NCBI GenBank assembly: GCA_000388065.2
Contig: KB932201.1
DNA from: Fonticula alba ATCC 38817
Taxonomy: Eukaryota; Protista; Nucleariida
Direction: 5' to 3' (one strand)
Length of the DNA: 64,000 bases
In this document: in pieces, positions 12,508 through 24,680 of the stretch
Numbering within the stretch: position 1 is the stretch's first letter
Layout of the letters: each line of letters starts with the position of its first letter
Position numbers and translations under genes: made by a program
Notes under the pieces: generated by a model
Databases searched by the model: none
What the model was told of the DNA's origin: nothing
The model's input: the letters and a program-made list of their open reading frames with translations, nothing else

Positions 12508-15500
12508 TCAGCGCCACTTGTGAGTGTCCTGATGCCGGGGGTTGGCCGCCTTGCCGCCGCCACCACTGTGGACCTTGTGCCGGCGGAGCTTGACGTAGTG
12601 CTCGGAATGCTGGCCACCAATGCGCCGGCCCATGCGGCGCATCTCGAATGGCAGCATCGGGTCGCGAACGATGATCGGCGGTGCGGAGGAGGACGGGGAG
12701 GTCTGGCCATTGGTCAGGGCCGTCGGGTCGTCCACAAGCAGAGCGCGCGAGGAGGCCGATGTGGTCGGGAGGACCGCGCCGGCCAGCTCCAACGGGGTCT
12801 TCATGTGGAGGACGCTGTCGCTGTCTTGGCCATCACGCTCGAACTCCAGCAGCGCCGGGGCCCGGCTCAGATCCGGGTAGTGGACAGCCAGCGAGACAGT
12901 CGGGTTCAGGGCATCACGGATGGCATGGATGTCGGTGGCATCGCGCGGGACCGCACAGGTGAAGCCCACCGACACAAAGCCCACCCCGGGCAGAACGATG
13001 TCGGCGATGGTCCGATCCGGGACATACCCACCGTTGGAGGTGAAGTGGGGCCGGCGCTTGCGGGGGACCTGCAGCTGGGAGGACTCATCGTCATCGTCAT
13101 CATCATCATCACCATCAGGGTGGTTATCTTGGCCCGTGGCATGGTCGCTGTCCTCCTCGTCGCTGGGGTAGTCCTCGAAGTCCATGTCGGCATCCGACCC
13201 GAAGTCGCTACTGGCATACCCCTGGTCCGAGGCGTCGTCCTCCCCGTCATCCCGAACAAGGGCCCGGTGGACCAGCTGCCCATCGTGAGCCGGGGGCAAA
13301 TTGTCGCCCTCCTGGCGGACCGACTCCAGCCAGGCCATGTCAAGCGGCGCCGGATGCGCTGCCGGGTCGCCGGATTCCGGCGAAGCGCCGCGAAGGTGCT
13401 CTCGCGGGATGAACACCGGCACGTGCGAGGGGGAAAAGGCGGCTGGCGCCCGTGTCGCCGCATTGAGCTCGTCCAGCAGGCGTTCGCGCTGGTGCGGTGG
13501 CAGAGGCTGTTGCAGTTGCACCGGGTAGCTGATCAGCGGCGGTAGATCGCTCGTCAGCAGGCGTCGATTGACCTGGACCGCGCTCAGGGCGCGCTCGGCC
13601 TTCCGGACCTTGGCCTGGAGCTTCTGGCTCTTGGGCTTTAGCTCCAGTGCCGCACGGGCCCGGGCCAGCTCCTCCTCGAGGGATAGCTCGCCCGGGTCGC
13701 GGGTATCGAGTGCGGCCTGGACAGCGCCGATCCCCGAGGCAGTGAGAATCGCAGCATCGTCACTGCCATCCTCCTTGGGATTGGGGTCATCGGCAAGGGC
13801 AGACCCCGCACGCAGGGCGGCCTTCACATGCGAGGGTTTGGTGAAGGGTGGCGTCAAGAGCCCGGTGGCCACATGGCGATTGTAGAAGGCATCCGCATTG
13901 ATGGTCTTGGTGGTGGCCATCGAGACATCGGGACTTTTTTCCCCCCCCAATGAGGCAATCTCTCCGGGTCAGTGCTGGGCATGTATACCAGTGGGGGGGG
14001 GGGGGGGGAGGGAGAGGGGAATGGCAAAAGGAGGGAGGAGCGAGAATCGAAGCGACACTGCCAACCAGTGCCCCGCAGCCCCGTCACGCAGACAAGCATG
14101 GACGTGCGTTGCACCACCATGCGCACCTGGTGTACACAATGCAAAAGATCCGTTCGATGCCACTCGTGCAATCGACAAAGTCCAATCGGCCGAGACCACC
14201 CAGGAAGAGGCTCCGACCGGGGGCCAGCTCGAAAATGCGCGGCCGGAGGCCGATCTCCGTACGCCGGGTGCGCTCATACCGCGAGCCAGCCAGCGGGGAG
14301 GGGACACGCGCCGAGTTGGACTCCGTGCTGGAAAGGCGCAAGGGAATCAACGCGTCGGCCTCCTGCCGAGTCAAGTAATCGGCCAGGGTGTGCGTCTCCG
14401 GCAGCAGACCCGGGGTGTCGATCAGCACGCCAGCCGGGCCGCCATGCGCGCCAGGCAGCTCGAAGCGCACCAGGTTCAATGTCGTGCCGGACACCGTGCT
14501 GGTGGTGGTCAATTTCAGCCGGCGGATGGCCCGGCGCCGGGCATTATTCGAAAGGGCCTTGCTGCCGGTGCCAGACTCGCCATCGGCACCGGGTGCCAGA
14601 TCCGGCTGCTGGCTTTGCATGAGGGAGAACTCGATCAGGCGGTTGACCAGGTGCGACTTGCCGACATTGGCCTTGCCAATCGTATAGACCGGGCGGCTGC
14701 CGCGCAGACGGTTGATGCTGTCCAGGAGTTCCTGCACGCCCTCGCCGGAGGAGGCCGACACCAAGTGCGTGTCAATGATGCGGGCTGGGCCATGGTCGCC
14801 CGGGCTCGTGTTAGAATATCGGAGAGGCACGGCCGGGGAGAGGTGTTCGGGAAAGAGGGGAAAGAAGAGAAAAAGACCAGACTCGCGCACATCCAATGGT
14901 GCGCTTGGACTCATTGGTGATCCACCGCTTCAGGCGATTGCGGCAAGCATCGCGAGGCAGGATGTCCGACTTGTTGGCTGCCAGGATGACCTGGTCCCAG
15001 CCGACCTGCGAAATGTCGTGGGCCACGGACGTGGTGATGTTGGTGAAAGGGGCACACACAAGCGAAGTGGGGCCAGGGGGGGCAAAGGGCAGAAATGGTC
15101 GGCCATGATAACACGCACGACGTCCGGCAAATCCCGAACCAAGCTTCCCGGGAAGTCGAAAAGATCCACCACCAGCACCAACAAAGCCTGGCGTTCGCGA
15201 ATTTGCTGCAAGATTTGGCGGTAATCCTACTCTTGCATCGGGCAGAGGACAGGGATCTCAGTCAGAGGGGGCGTGTGTGTAGGACGAAAAGAAAGGGGCG
15301 ACGGGGAGAGTGCGAAAAAGGAGGCCCCCCCCCCCCCGCCCCGCATCGACGAACCTCGGCCTTCAGGGAGACCGGCGTCACACGACCATAGTGCCGGAGG
15401 AAGAAGCACCGCTGGCAGACCGGCCGCGAAGTGTCGCCCTTGCGGATGTGTCGATCGAAGGCTCGAAGGTCGCCCATTGAGAGGGCCCCTGCGAGTTCCT

Positions 15501-16221
15501 CCGGCGACAGGGTCGCCGGGTCGATCTCATGCATGGACCCGGGAGCCAGGAAGGGCAGCGACCGGCTGGTCTTGCGCAGGCTTTCCACCATGTCAAACTG
15601 GAAGGGCCCATTGGATGTTGTGGACACACTGCCCGGGCGCTGACTGGGCAGAGGCCCGAGCTCGACCAGCGGCAAGGTCGCGGACGAGGTGTCCAGGCGC
15701 ACGGCGTCAAAGTCGGCGCGGCTGCCGCCATTCGCGTTGGCGGCCCCGGCACGCGCCTCCAAAGACCGCTGGTACCGCTCGACCGGCACATACCCCAGGG
15801 CCTTGGAGTCCAGTGACTGGAGGGTGGCCCCGCAGCCCAGGCACTGGTCGGCCGACCGGGACCCGGCACGGAGGATGCCCGTTGAGAAGGGGCTGCGCGT
15901 GGTCAGACCCGAGGCCAGGCCAGCGGCCGGTGCACTGGGCTTCGCATTTGCGGGCTTCTTCTTTGACCGATAGCCGGAGGTGTACTTGCGCGATCGAGAT
16001 GCCTCACGGGCCTCCTCGGCCGAGGTGGCCCGGAAGGTGGTGGTCGGGGGGGTTTTGCTGGCAGCGGTCTTTGGCTGGGGCTGCGAGCGTTGCTGGCGCT
16101 GGTGGTGCTGGGCGGTGGCGTACGCCCGGAGGGCGGTGGCACGTTCGGCAGAAAAGTCGGCGCCCAGCCCGGTCGGAGACCGGGCCGTCCGAAAGACCGT
16201 GAGCCAGCGAAGTGCCGACAT
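12508..16221 (-). CDS. NOA1: Circularly permuted GTPase NOA1/YqeH family, probably mitochondrial
   Basis: Arg-rich N-terminus MSALRWLTVFRTARS. Zn finger CLGCG...CQRC. G4 ANKSD, G5 VSA, G1 GKANVGKS, G2 STVSGTT, G3 DTPG. C-terminal domain SLFLGGLGRLD, TKTINADAFYNRHV..LLTPP, ADIVLPGVGFVSV. Confidence 0.88.
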
Positions 16222-17206
16222 TGGGGTTCCGGCGCAAAGGGAGGAGGGCAGACAGAGGGATAGGAGGGGGGGGGGCAGGCAAAAGGAAAGACCCGACAAA
16301 AATAGGAGGAGGGGAGGAGGAGAGGGATATGCGCGCGTGTGCCGAGGGGAGGGATGTCGGAGAGGGGAACCCTGCCGTGCCAGATCGCCCTCGTCAAAAT
16401 CTCCCCCCACCATGGCCCTCCTGCCGCTGGGCATCCAAAAACGAGGGCGGCGCCCGGCCGGCAAGGTGGCCTGCTGGTGGCCGATCCCGCAGTGCCGAGT
16501 CCACGATGGGATTTAAAAAGGGCCGGCACGTGATACAGGATGGCCAAGCTTGATACCTTGGCGATTAGACGTCAGTGCTGCGTGGGGGGAGGGAGAGGGG
16601 GGAGCTCGGAGCGGGGGGACTCGGCCCATACCTGAGATCAGTCACGACGGGCAGCCATCGGTCCGGGCCGCCTCCGTTGTCCGGTGTGTGTGTGTGTGTG
16701 TGGGCGGGGGGGTCGGGCCAGGCCCGAGAATACACCTCCNNNNNNNNNNNNNNNNNNNNNNNNNNNNNNNNNNNNNNNNNNNNNNNNNNNNNNNNNNNNN
16801 NNNNNCTTGCCCTGCCAACGCGCCCGATCTTTAGTTCACTATGCCCCCCCCCTCCGGCCGATCCCTCCTCCCCGGACTGAAGCCGATGCGCCGGGCGAAG
16901 CAGTATGCGTGGAGGCCCGCGCATATCCAGCGTTTACGGGTGGAAGCATGGCGTTGCTTTTGGGGAGGCCCCTTCCACCAGCCACTCCCCTCCGACTTTC
17001 GTCTTTCTCGTACCTCTCTTGTTGTCCTGTGCCCGAGCTCCCGATCGCTGTCTCAGCCTCCCCCTCTCCCTTCCCTCCTCGCCTTTCTCATCGCCCTTTG
17101 TTCTGCCCCTTTGCAGCATACGCGGCTACACGGATACAGGGATACGCGCACACGCGGCTACACAGACACACACATACATACACACATACACACCCCTCCT
17201 CCCAAG

Positions 17207-20165
17207 ATGACATCCAACGGATCTGTCCCCCTGGGTGAGGGGACCTCCTCCACCGCACAGGGAACCCCCCTTACAAATGACTATGACCGGTGGTCGCGCT
17301 ATGTCACCGAGTACGCGGACTTCCTGGCTGACATCGACAGCGATGGCGAAGATGGCCAGGGGGCCTTTGTGCGCGGCAGCGCTGGCGCCCTGGCGCCGCG
17401 TGCCGAGGCCGAGCTGGCCTTCCTTGAGCGAGTGGATCCTGATCGCGCGGCCACCTTCCGGGCCCACCTGGAGCGCACGCGCCTTGAGTCGGGCTTGAGC
17501 TCGGCACAGGCCGAGGCCCAGCGACAGGAGCTCATCGCCCGGCGCCAGCGCCAATCCATGGCCCAATCACTGGCCGACTCATATGCCGATCGTCGGGAGG
17601 AGCTGCTCCTCTTCGCTCGAGGCGACTGTGTGCTATCGGGTGCGTGGGTGCCGGCCTGCCGGTATCTGGGCACACCTCCATTGCCGGATATCCGGGAGCC
17701 TGCTTCGCCCTCGCCCTCGCCCCCCCCCCCCCCCCCCCCTCCGCCCAGTGGGAGACTGACCCTTTGCCGCGCACAGAGATCCTCCGTTGGTTCCTCCAGG
17801 TGTACCATCGCAAGTACAAGGAAGTCGATCGTCCATATGGCTGGGATGCCCTGGCGGCCGGACTGCTTTTTGAGGCTGGGTCCACCAAGCTCAGTCGAAA
17901 GCAGACGTCCAGCGGCGATGCGGGCCCCGGCGCGAAGGCGAGTTCTTCGGCCCCTGCTCCCGGGGCCGCTGACGACGTCACCGTGGTCCCGGCCTCCGCC
18001 GACAAGGACACCGCACCTGGTGATGATGGGACGCCAGGCGGGCCGGCTGTCAGCGAGCCGGCTCCTCATCTCTCGATCGAATGTGTCTCGGAGCTGCGCG
18101 CCCCGTTGCTTGTGGTGCCAAACGATCAAACCCAGCCGGGTGGCTGTCCCCAAGTGCGTGGTGGCTACTTCTTCCCCCTGGCGGGTCCCCCCTCTCCCGG
18201 TCGTCGCTGCTTTCTTGCTCCCATTGGAGGCACTCACGTTCTGTCCTTCCCCCTTTGCTGGACCATGCGGGCATGCAGGTGGCCTACAACAATGCCACCT
18301 CGGCAGCCATTTACCTGATGGCCAAATCCTTCCCGTCCCTGTACATGATCTATCCCACGACGTCGGTGCTCCATTTGGCCCAGTGGGTGGAGGCGGAATT
18401 GGTTCCATATTCTCAGCGCGTCATCGACCGGACGTGTCTTGCCCGAGAGGCGGCTCGTGAGACGTGTGTTTTTGCCGAGCTTCCCCGGCGCGAGGGCCGC
18501 TTCTATGCGTGGTCTCGCGTGGTATGTTCCGATTCCGGTGTTTGCCTCGCCCTCTCTTGGTCTTCTCCCGCGGTCGAGTCCTTGCATTTGCCTTGCTGCT
18601 CATTTGCTTGTCTGCATGCTTGCGTGCTTGCGACAGCGCGCCGGGCGGGGACTCACTTTCTGGGTCTTGGTGTTTGATCTTGGGCTCGGCTGTGGCTAAT
18701 CTCCCCCACCGGGCACTCGTCTCTGTTCTTTGCTCCCTCCCTCCCTCCCTCTCTCTCCCTCTCTCTCCCTCTCTCTCCCTCTCGCACTTCAAAGGCCTAC
18801 CGCGCAGCCTTCCCGCTGGTGGCGGCTGTTGGAGGGTTGCTACCCGGTCGGCGTCTATACTCGACAGCTCTTTCGCGGGATATGCGCGCGCGAGCTGAGA
18901 CGCTCATCGATCTGATCGATGCTTCACTGTGTCCGGAGCCGGAGGCCGTCGGGGGCCTGGTCTTGGACGCGGATGCGGCCATGCGCCGACTGAGCGAGCA
19001 CCCCCTCTTTGCCAAGCACTTCCCTGAGCCTTATGTGCCTCGAACTCGTGGCGCCCAGCGCTCGACCCCCGACGCCAAGCGTGGGGCCGACGACAACATC
19101 ATCGATCCGAATGGCCCATCCGGTCGAGCCTCGCCCAGCACAAAGCTCACGGCCGCCGACATTGCCATTGCCTGCGCCTTGGCACCACTGTTGTGCGCCG
19201 ATGGGACAACCATCGGCAGCAAGCTGACAATGCGTGTGCCGTCGATCGGGCATCTGTCTGCCCCCGGCGAGAGGTGCGCTTTCCCTCCCTCTCCCCTCTC
19301 TTGGGTCTCCTTTGCCGGGAGCGCTGCCACCATGCTTGAAGGGACACCATGTCTCCCGGGGCACTGACGCTGCTTGTCCCCCTGTCCCCCTCGCTCCCTT
19401 TCTCTCGCCTCCTTTCGTCGCCAGTGAGCCCCTGACTCCCGCGGACCGGATATGGTCGGCGCTGATTGGCTTCAACACTGAGGCCACCGGTCAGTCGGGC
19501 GACTGGTCTCGAGCGGATGTCTTGCGCTTGCGCGCGCGCCCGGTCGGCAAGTGGGTGTGTGCTCTGTACAACAAGTCCCGCGGCCAGACCTCCAACCAGC
19601 GTCGCCTGGACAGCCGGAATCCGTTTGCATGGCCCGCATCCGGGGATACCCCGGCACCGCAAGAGGCCGGAGCCGGGGCCCCGGCCCACCCACGCCTGGC
19701 GGCCAATTGGCTGGCCGTGCAGGAGGAGGAGCGCTACCATGCGGTGCTGGTTCAGGGTGCGGCTGTGGCGCTGGCCATCGTTGCGGTCGGCACTCCGTTC
19801 TCGGTGCGATCTTTTCCTCAGCCCATCACACACACACACACTCCCCCCCACCCTCCCTCCCTCCCTGTCTGTGAGCCTCACTTCACTTCTTCTCCGGCTT
19901 GCCTAACAGCCTTTCGTCGTTCATCACCTCCCAATCCTCGCTCATCCTTGTTGGGATTTGGCTCCCCCGTGGTGTTTCACAGCTGTTCGGCTCGTTCATG
20001 TGGCAGATTCTTTTCCTGCTGGCCGAGCTCGCCTTGGTCTCGGGGGTGGCTGTGGCCCTGGGTGGGCGGTTCCTGCGCGCCCGATGCCCGCGGGTCTTGG
20101 CCCAAGTGTCGGCCTGTTCGTGGCAGCGCCTGCGCGCATGGTGGCGGCCGAACCCATCAAACTGA
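17207..20165 (+). CDS. GST-fold (thioredoxin-like N-domain + GST C-domain) protein with two C-terminal transmembrane helices
   Basis: Frame-consistent exons 17207-17639, 17777-18153, 18279-18521, 18795-19273, 19425-19803, 19983-20165. Motifs DCVLS-EILRWFL (CxxS followed by a RWxL helix), LRAPLLVV, NNATSAAIYL, KLTAADIAIACALAPLL (GST C-domain N-capping box) and a hydrophobic tail. Family assigned by motif recognition only. Confidence 0.6.
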
Positions 20166-20257
20166 CGGACACAGGTCCCCGCTATGCGTCGCTGTCCTTT
20201 CCTCGGCCCGTGGTTTTCACCTTCTCTCCCAGCTGCTCTCCCTGGCCCTTTCCTCGT

Positions 20258-20258
<1 letters not shown>

Positions 20259-20332
<74 letters not shown>
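20259..20332 (+). repeat. 74-nt pure poly-C tract followed by (CA)n
   Basis: Counted directly; lies between the convergent 3' ends of the GST-like gene and DRG1. Confidence 0.9.
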
Positions 20333-20347
<15 letters not shown>

Positions 20348-20735
20348 GGCGCATTGCCAAGATGCGAATACATGTTCCTGCTCGACCCGAGAGACAGCAA
20401 CGAGGGCCTCCTCAGAGCAAAGGCAGGATATTGTTGAAGTTGTCATACCACACAGGGGCACGGGACATTCGGTCCCGGCAAGTAGAGCCAGCAGGGGGGC
20501 GAAAGAAAAAAGCGTGTGAAGGGTCTGTATTCAGTGCGGGACCGGACCGGAGGGGGACAAGAGGGGAAGCCGTGCAGCGGGGGAGGGGGACGAAGGAATG
20601 GTATTGGTCGGGCTGCGCCTTCGGCTGCGGCGTCCGTGGACGCGGCCAGCCGCGGATGCCCCACCACGCCTCTGGCTCTGCTCTGCACACCAGGTACCGG
20701 CGCGAGACAGTGCGGCGGCGGGAGAGGGAAGACAT

Positions 20736-21100
20736 TTAGCCGCTCTTCTTGACAATCTGAACGACATCCTCATCGTGCAGAACATGGTCAATACCAACCT
20801 TCTGGGGGTTGTGCTTCGCTGAGGAGCCCCAGACCCAGGCACTGGCAGAGGGGCAAGAGGACGGCAAGGAGGATGGGGGAGGGCGGGTGTCAGCTGGCGA
20901 TGGCAAGGCGGGCACAAGGCAGCAGTGAAAGGTGCGCGCCCCTGCCCGATGAGCAGAGGCCCGAGCAACAACGTACTACTTAAAGTCGCGGGCGAGGCCC
21001 TTGTGAATGGCGTTACAGAAGTCCTCAACAGTGGACTTGCTGGCCTTGATGACCACCGGGGCCGAGTAGTCGGGCAGCTGACCGCGGGGCTTGGTGTAAC

Positions 21101-21146
<46 letters not shown>

Positions 21147-22595
21147 CAGGTCGCGCCAGGAGTTGAATTGGCCGAGAATGCAGCGAGGGAGAGAGGGAGA
21201 GAGAGAGAGAGAGAAAGGGCGAAGCAGAGGCGTGTGTCAGGCAAGGCAACGGGAAAGGGGGCTCGCGTGGATGGCAAAGGAAGATGCTCCTGGCGACTGG
21301 CTGTCAATGGCGCTCGCCGCGTCACCCCGCCGGTGAATCTCGAGCCTCTTGCTGCTGAGCTCGCGCGCGCGCGCGAGGGGAGGAGGGGGGGGGGACGGGG
21401 GGGCACAGAGCATACGCACATTCGCTTGAGGTTCAGGTAGTCCCAGGCCTTGTCCAGGAGCTCGTCGAAGTTCCACTCGTGGTGCGCGGAAATGGGCACA
21501 ACATGATCGGTCTTGGTGGTGAGGATCTCCAGCTCCTCGATGGAAATCTGATCGATCTTGTTCAGGACATAGATGCAGGGAATGTACAGGCGGTCACCCT
21601 CAATGACATCGATCAGCTCGTCGGCGGTGCAGTCCTCCCGGAAGGCGATATCGGCGTTGTGGATGCGGTACTCGCTGCAAATGGCCTTAACCTCGTCATT
21701 GTCCAGGTGCGTCATGGTCACGGTCGAGGAGATGGCAATACCACCGCGCTCCTTCCGCCGGAAGGTAATCTGCGGCGGGGCCCGGTTCAGCCGGATGCCG
21801 TAGCCCTCGAGCTCGCCCTCGAGAATCCGCTTGTGGCCCAGGGGCTTCATCACATCCAGGACCATGAAGATCAGGGAGCAAGTCCGCGCGACGGCGATCA
21901 CCTGCCGACCACGACCCTTGCCATCCTTGGCACCCTCGATGATACCGGGCAGATCCAGAATCTGGAACTTGGCACCACGAAGGTACAGCACACCGGGGAC
22001 CGTGGTCAGGGTGGTGAATTCGTAGGCAGCCACGGCCGACTCGGTGCCGGTCAGCTTGGACATGAGGGTGGACTTGCCGACCGAAGGGAAGCCGATGAAG
22101 CCGATACGCGCGACACCGGTCTTGGCAACGTCGAAGCCTGGTGCTCGGGGTCAGTGGTGGGGAGGGGGGAGGGGAGAGGGGATGGGTGTGTGTGTGTGTG
22201 TGCATGCGCGCGCATGCACATGCGCTCAAGGATCGGCAAGAGCGCATGGAGGAGAGAGGGGGGGGGGCGCCGAGGATGTGCGTACCCTCACCACGGCCGC
22301 CGCCGCCGCTGCCGCCGGACGGCTCGAGCAGCTCACGGCGGAGCTTGGCCAGGCGGGCCTTAAGCATACCGATATGCAGGGCGGTGGCCTTGTTCTTCTG
22401 AGTGCGGGCCATCTGTGTGGCGCGGGCGGGTCGTCATTGGGGAGGAAGGCAGGGGGTGGGGGAGGACACTGGGTAAGTCGCAGAACGGTTTGCGGGGGGG
22501 GGGGGGACGCACGTGCGGGCTGCGGAGCCGGCATGTTCGCCGCGGTGCGGACGTACCTCGGCCTCGATCTCAGCGATACGAGTTGCGACGCTCAT
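20736..22595 (-). CDS. DRG1: Developmentally regulated GTP-binding protein 1 (DRG1/Rbg1), OBG family
   Basis: 5 exons. [71 protein letters not shown], and the TGS domain [11 protein letters not shown]...[14 protein letters not shown]. Confidence 0.97.
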
Positions 22596-23574
22596 GGTGG
22601 TAGATCGACTGGGGCGCGGGTCCTCTCTGTGAGGTTGGGCAGGCGCGGTTAGAGCGGAGAAAAGGAGGGGGGACAATCGAATGGGGACGGGAGGAGGGAG
22701 GGGAAGGAGGGGAGGAGGCAAAGGGCGGGGAGAGGTACAAAGAAAGAAAAAAAGGAATCGGGGACAGAGTCGGTTGTGGAGGAGGGACCGCGGGAGTCAC
22801 CGGTTACGGGGCGCCTCTTCAGAGTGGGTTTCTGAACACCCTTGCCGCCAGGTTAGTGGGCAGTCCGACGGGCGGCGTCTCTCCGGACAAATGGCCCCGC
22901 GCCCGTGTTCCCCCCCGGGCTGGCGCCCACGGAAGAGGCCGCGGACGCGTGCGCGCGGCATCTCGACGCTGGGCCGGGACGCGCGCATGGTACGCTCGGT
23001 CAAACTCACAAGTCGTGGCCTTGTGCCTCCCCCCATGCTGTTCCCCCCCCCCCCCCCCCCCCCCCCGCCCCGCCCTGCGCCCCCTTCCCGCAACACCGGG
23101 CAGCGTATATTTCGAGCGAGCGGGGCGCGGGTCCGGTCCCCCGGGGGGGCGGGCGATAGAAAAAGACCTCGACCCTAGGCCCGGGATTTAACCAGGGGAT
23201 CCGGAGGTCCGGAACTGGTCGCATCTCCGGCGCTTAGGATCCAGGCAGACGCGGGCTGGGCGGCGGGGCTGCCCATGCATGCATGCGACGAGGCCGACCG
23301 ACTGGCCTCCGCTCCCTCGCGTCGGTGCGTCGCCCGATGACCCGTGTGGAAAGACGCCGGCCGCACAGACGAGAGGGTCGCCAAGCCCTGGGGGACGGGC
23401 ATGCCAATGGAGCGGAACACCATTCGATTCTACACAGTGGCGCATGATACAAATGCACGAGAATACACGTGACACCGAAGGGGTTTTCTGGGCACCTTTT
23501 TGCGGCTGCGAGTCAGCCAATGCCTTCTTCGGCGTTTGCGGTCCGTTCATCTTGCTCGCACGTTTGTGTGTATG

Positions 23575-23610
<36 letters not shown>

Positions 23611-23773
23611 CTGCCGAGGCAGATAGGTCAGTCACAGGGGACCCAAACACAAGGATGGGTATTTATTCCAATGCACAGGCGCACACAGGCAGGCAGACAG
23701 GAAGAAGGCGGGCAGGAAAGCGCAGCCCGCCGGCATGGTAAATGGGCATTTGGGGGGGGGGGGGGGGGGGGGG

Positions 23774-23816
23774 GAAAGACCAACACGCATGCGCCCTCTC
23801 TTCTGGGGCATCCCAG
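23774..23816. repeat. 43-bp direct repeat, copy 1 (GAAAGACCAACACGCATGCGCCCTCTCTTCTGGGGCATCCCAG)
   Basis: Identical to 25309-25351; both copies are preceded by a poly-G run. Confidence 0.9.
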
Positions 23817-24680
23817 GGCACTTGTCTCACCTTGCGGTTGGCCTTTTCCGGGCCAGGGGCCGAGGAGGGCGGGAGAGAGTGCATTCGGAAGCCCATTCCC
23901 TTCGCTGCTCTTGTTGTTGCTCCTTGAATCGGCGGCCGAGAAAAGGACAGGGAGAAGCATGTATGTGTGTGTGTATGCGCGCATGGCGACGAGTGGGGTG
24001 TATTTCATCGTCAGGGCGCACGCATCGCTCTCCCGCGCACGATGCCTTATGTCCCTCAAGAAGGATGTGAAGGGGGGGGGGAGGAGGGGGAGGGGGGTGG
24101 ACATGCCTGGCTCCCGCGCGCCGAACCGTTCACCGACTCATCCCGGGAGGGGTTGATAAAGGGAGAGGCGGCCGGGGAGACGGTAGCAGCTAGAAGCAGG
24201 GAGGGGGGGGGGCGAGGGAGAAGGAGGAGGCCAGGGAAGAGGGGCCTCGTGGCGGGGCACAACTCAACTCTGGAAGAAGAGCGAGGAGAGGGGGGGGAGG
24301 GAGAGCGAAGGGTGGTGGAAGAGGATGGCCTCACAGGAGACCGGGGGGAAGCGCGGGAGGTGGTGTCACCTGCTTCCTGCCCGGGCGCGGCAGGCCCCCG
24401 TTCCCAGCCCAGTTTGGCCAGGCGGAGAGGGGGAGGGAGGGGGGAGGACAAACCGAGATGGGAGCCGGGGAGCGGTGGCGGGGCGGGAAGGGGGAAGACC
24501 CCACGGAATGTGAAAGGGGATGGGCGTGCGAGTGGGCAGTCTCACACGGCATCAGGAAGGAGCGTGTAAAAGACGATGCACGCCCCTCGGTCGGAGAGTG
24601 GGGCAACAGGAGGAGAGACGATGAGAGGGGGAGAGAGGGAGCGAGAGGGGACCGGGGCGGGAGCACAGCCGGCCGAGGAA

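Noticed and set aside
12508-13950. 480-aa ORF as a separate hypothetical protein
   Set aside because: It is the last exon of NOA1; the junction YT-S|PDVSMATTKT restores the YqeH C-terminal domain.
21479-22363. 294-aa + strand ORF, and similar long ORFs at 851-1510, 12490-13545, 3743-4669 and 49634-51052
   Set aside because: They are antisense shadows of real genes. High GC and biased codon use suppress stops on the opposite strand, and none shows a family motif.
12508-22595. Ribosome-related GTPases NOA1 and DRG1 (plus NOC1) as a functional cluster
   Set aside because: They act in different compartments and are separated by unrelated genes; housekeeping genes are common enough for this to be chance.
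23165-23245. Minus-strand hairpin CCTGG-TTAAATC-CCGGG followed by a T5 run, resembling a tRNA T-arm and Pol III terminator
   Set aside because: The loop lacks the invariant TTC, and no D-arm, anticodon arm or acceptor stem could be built.
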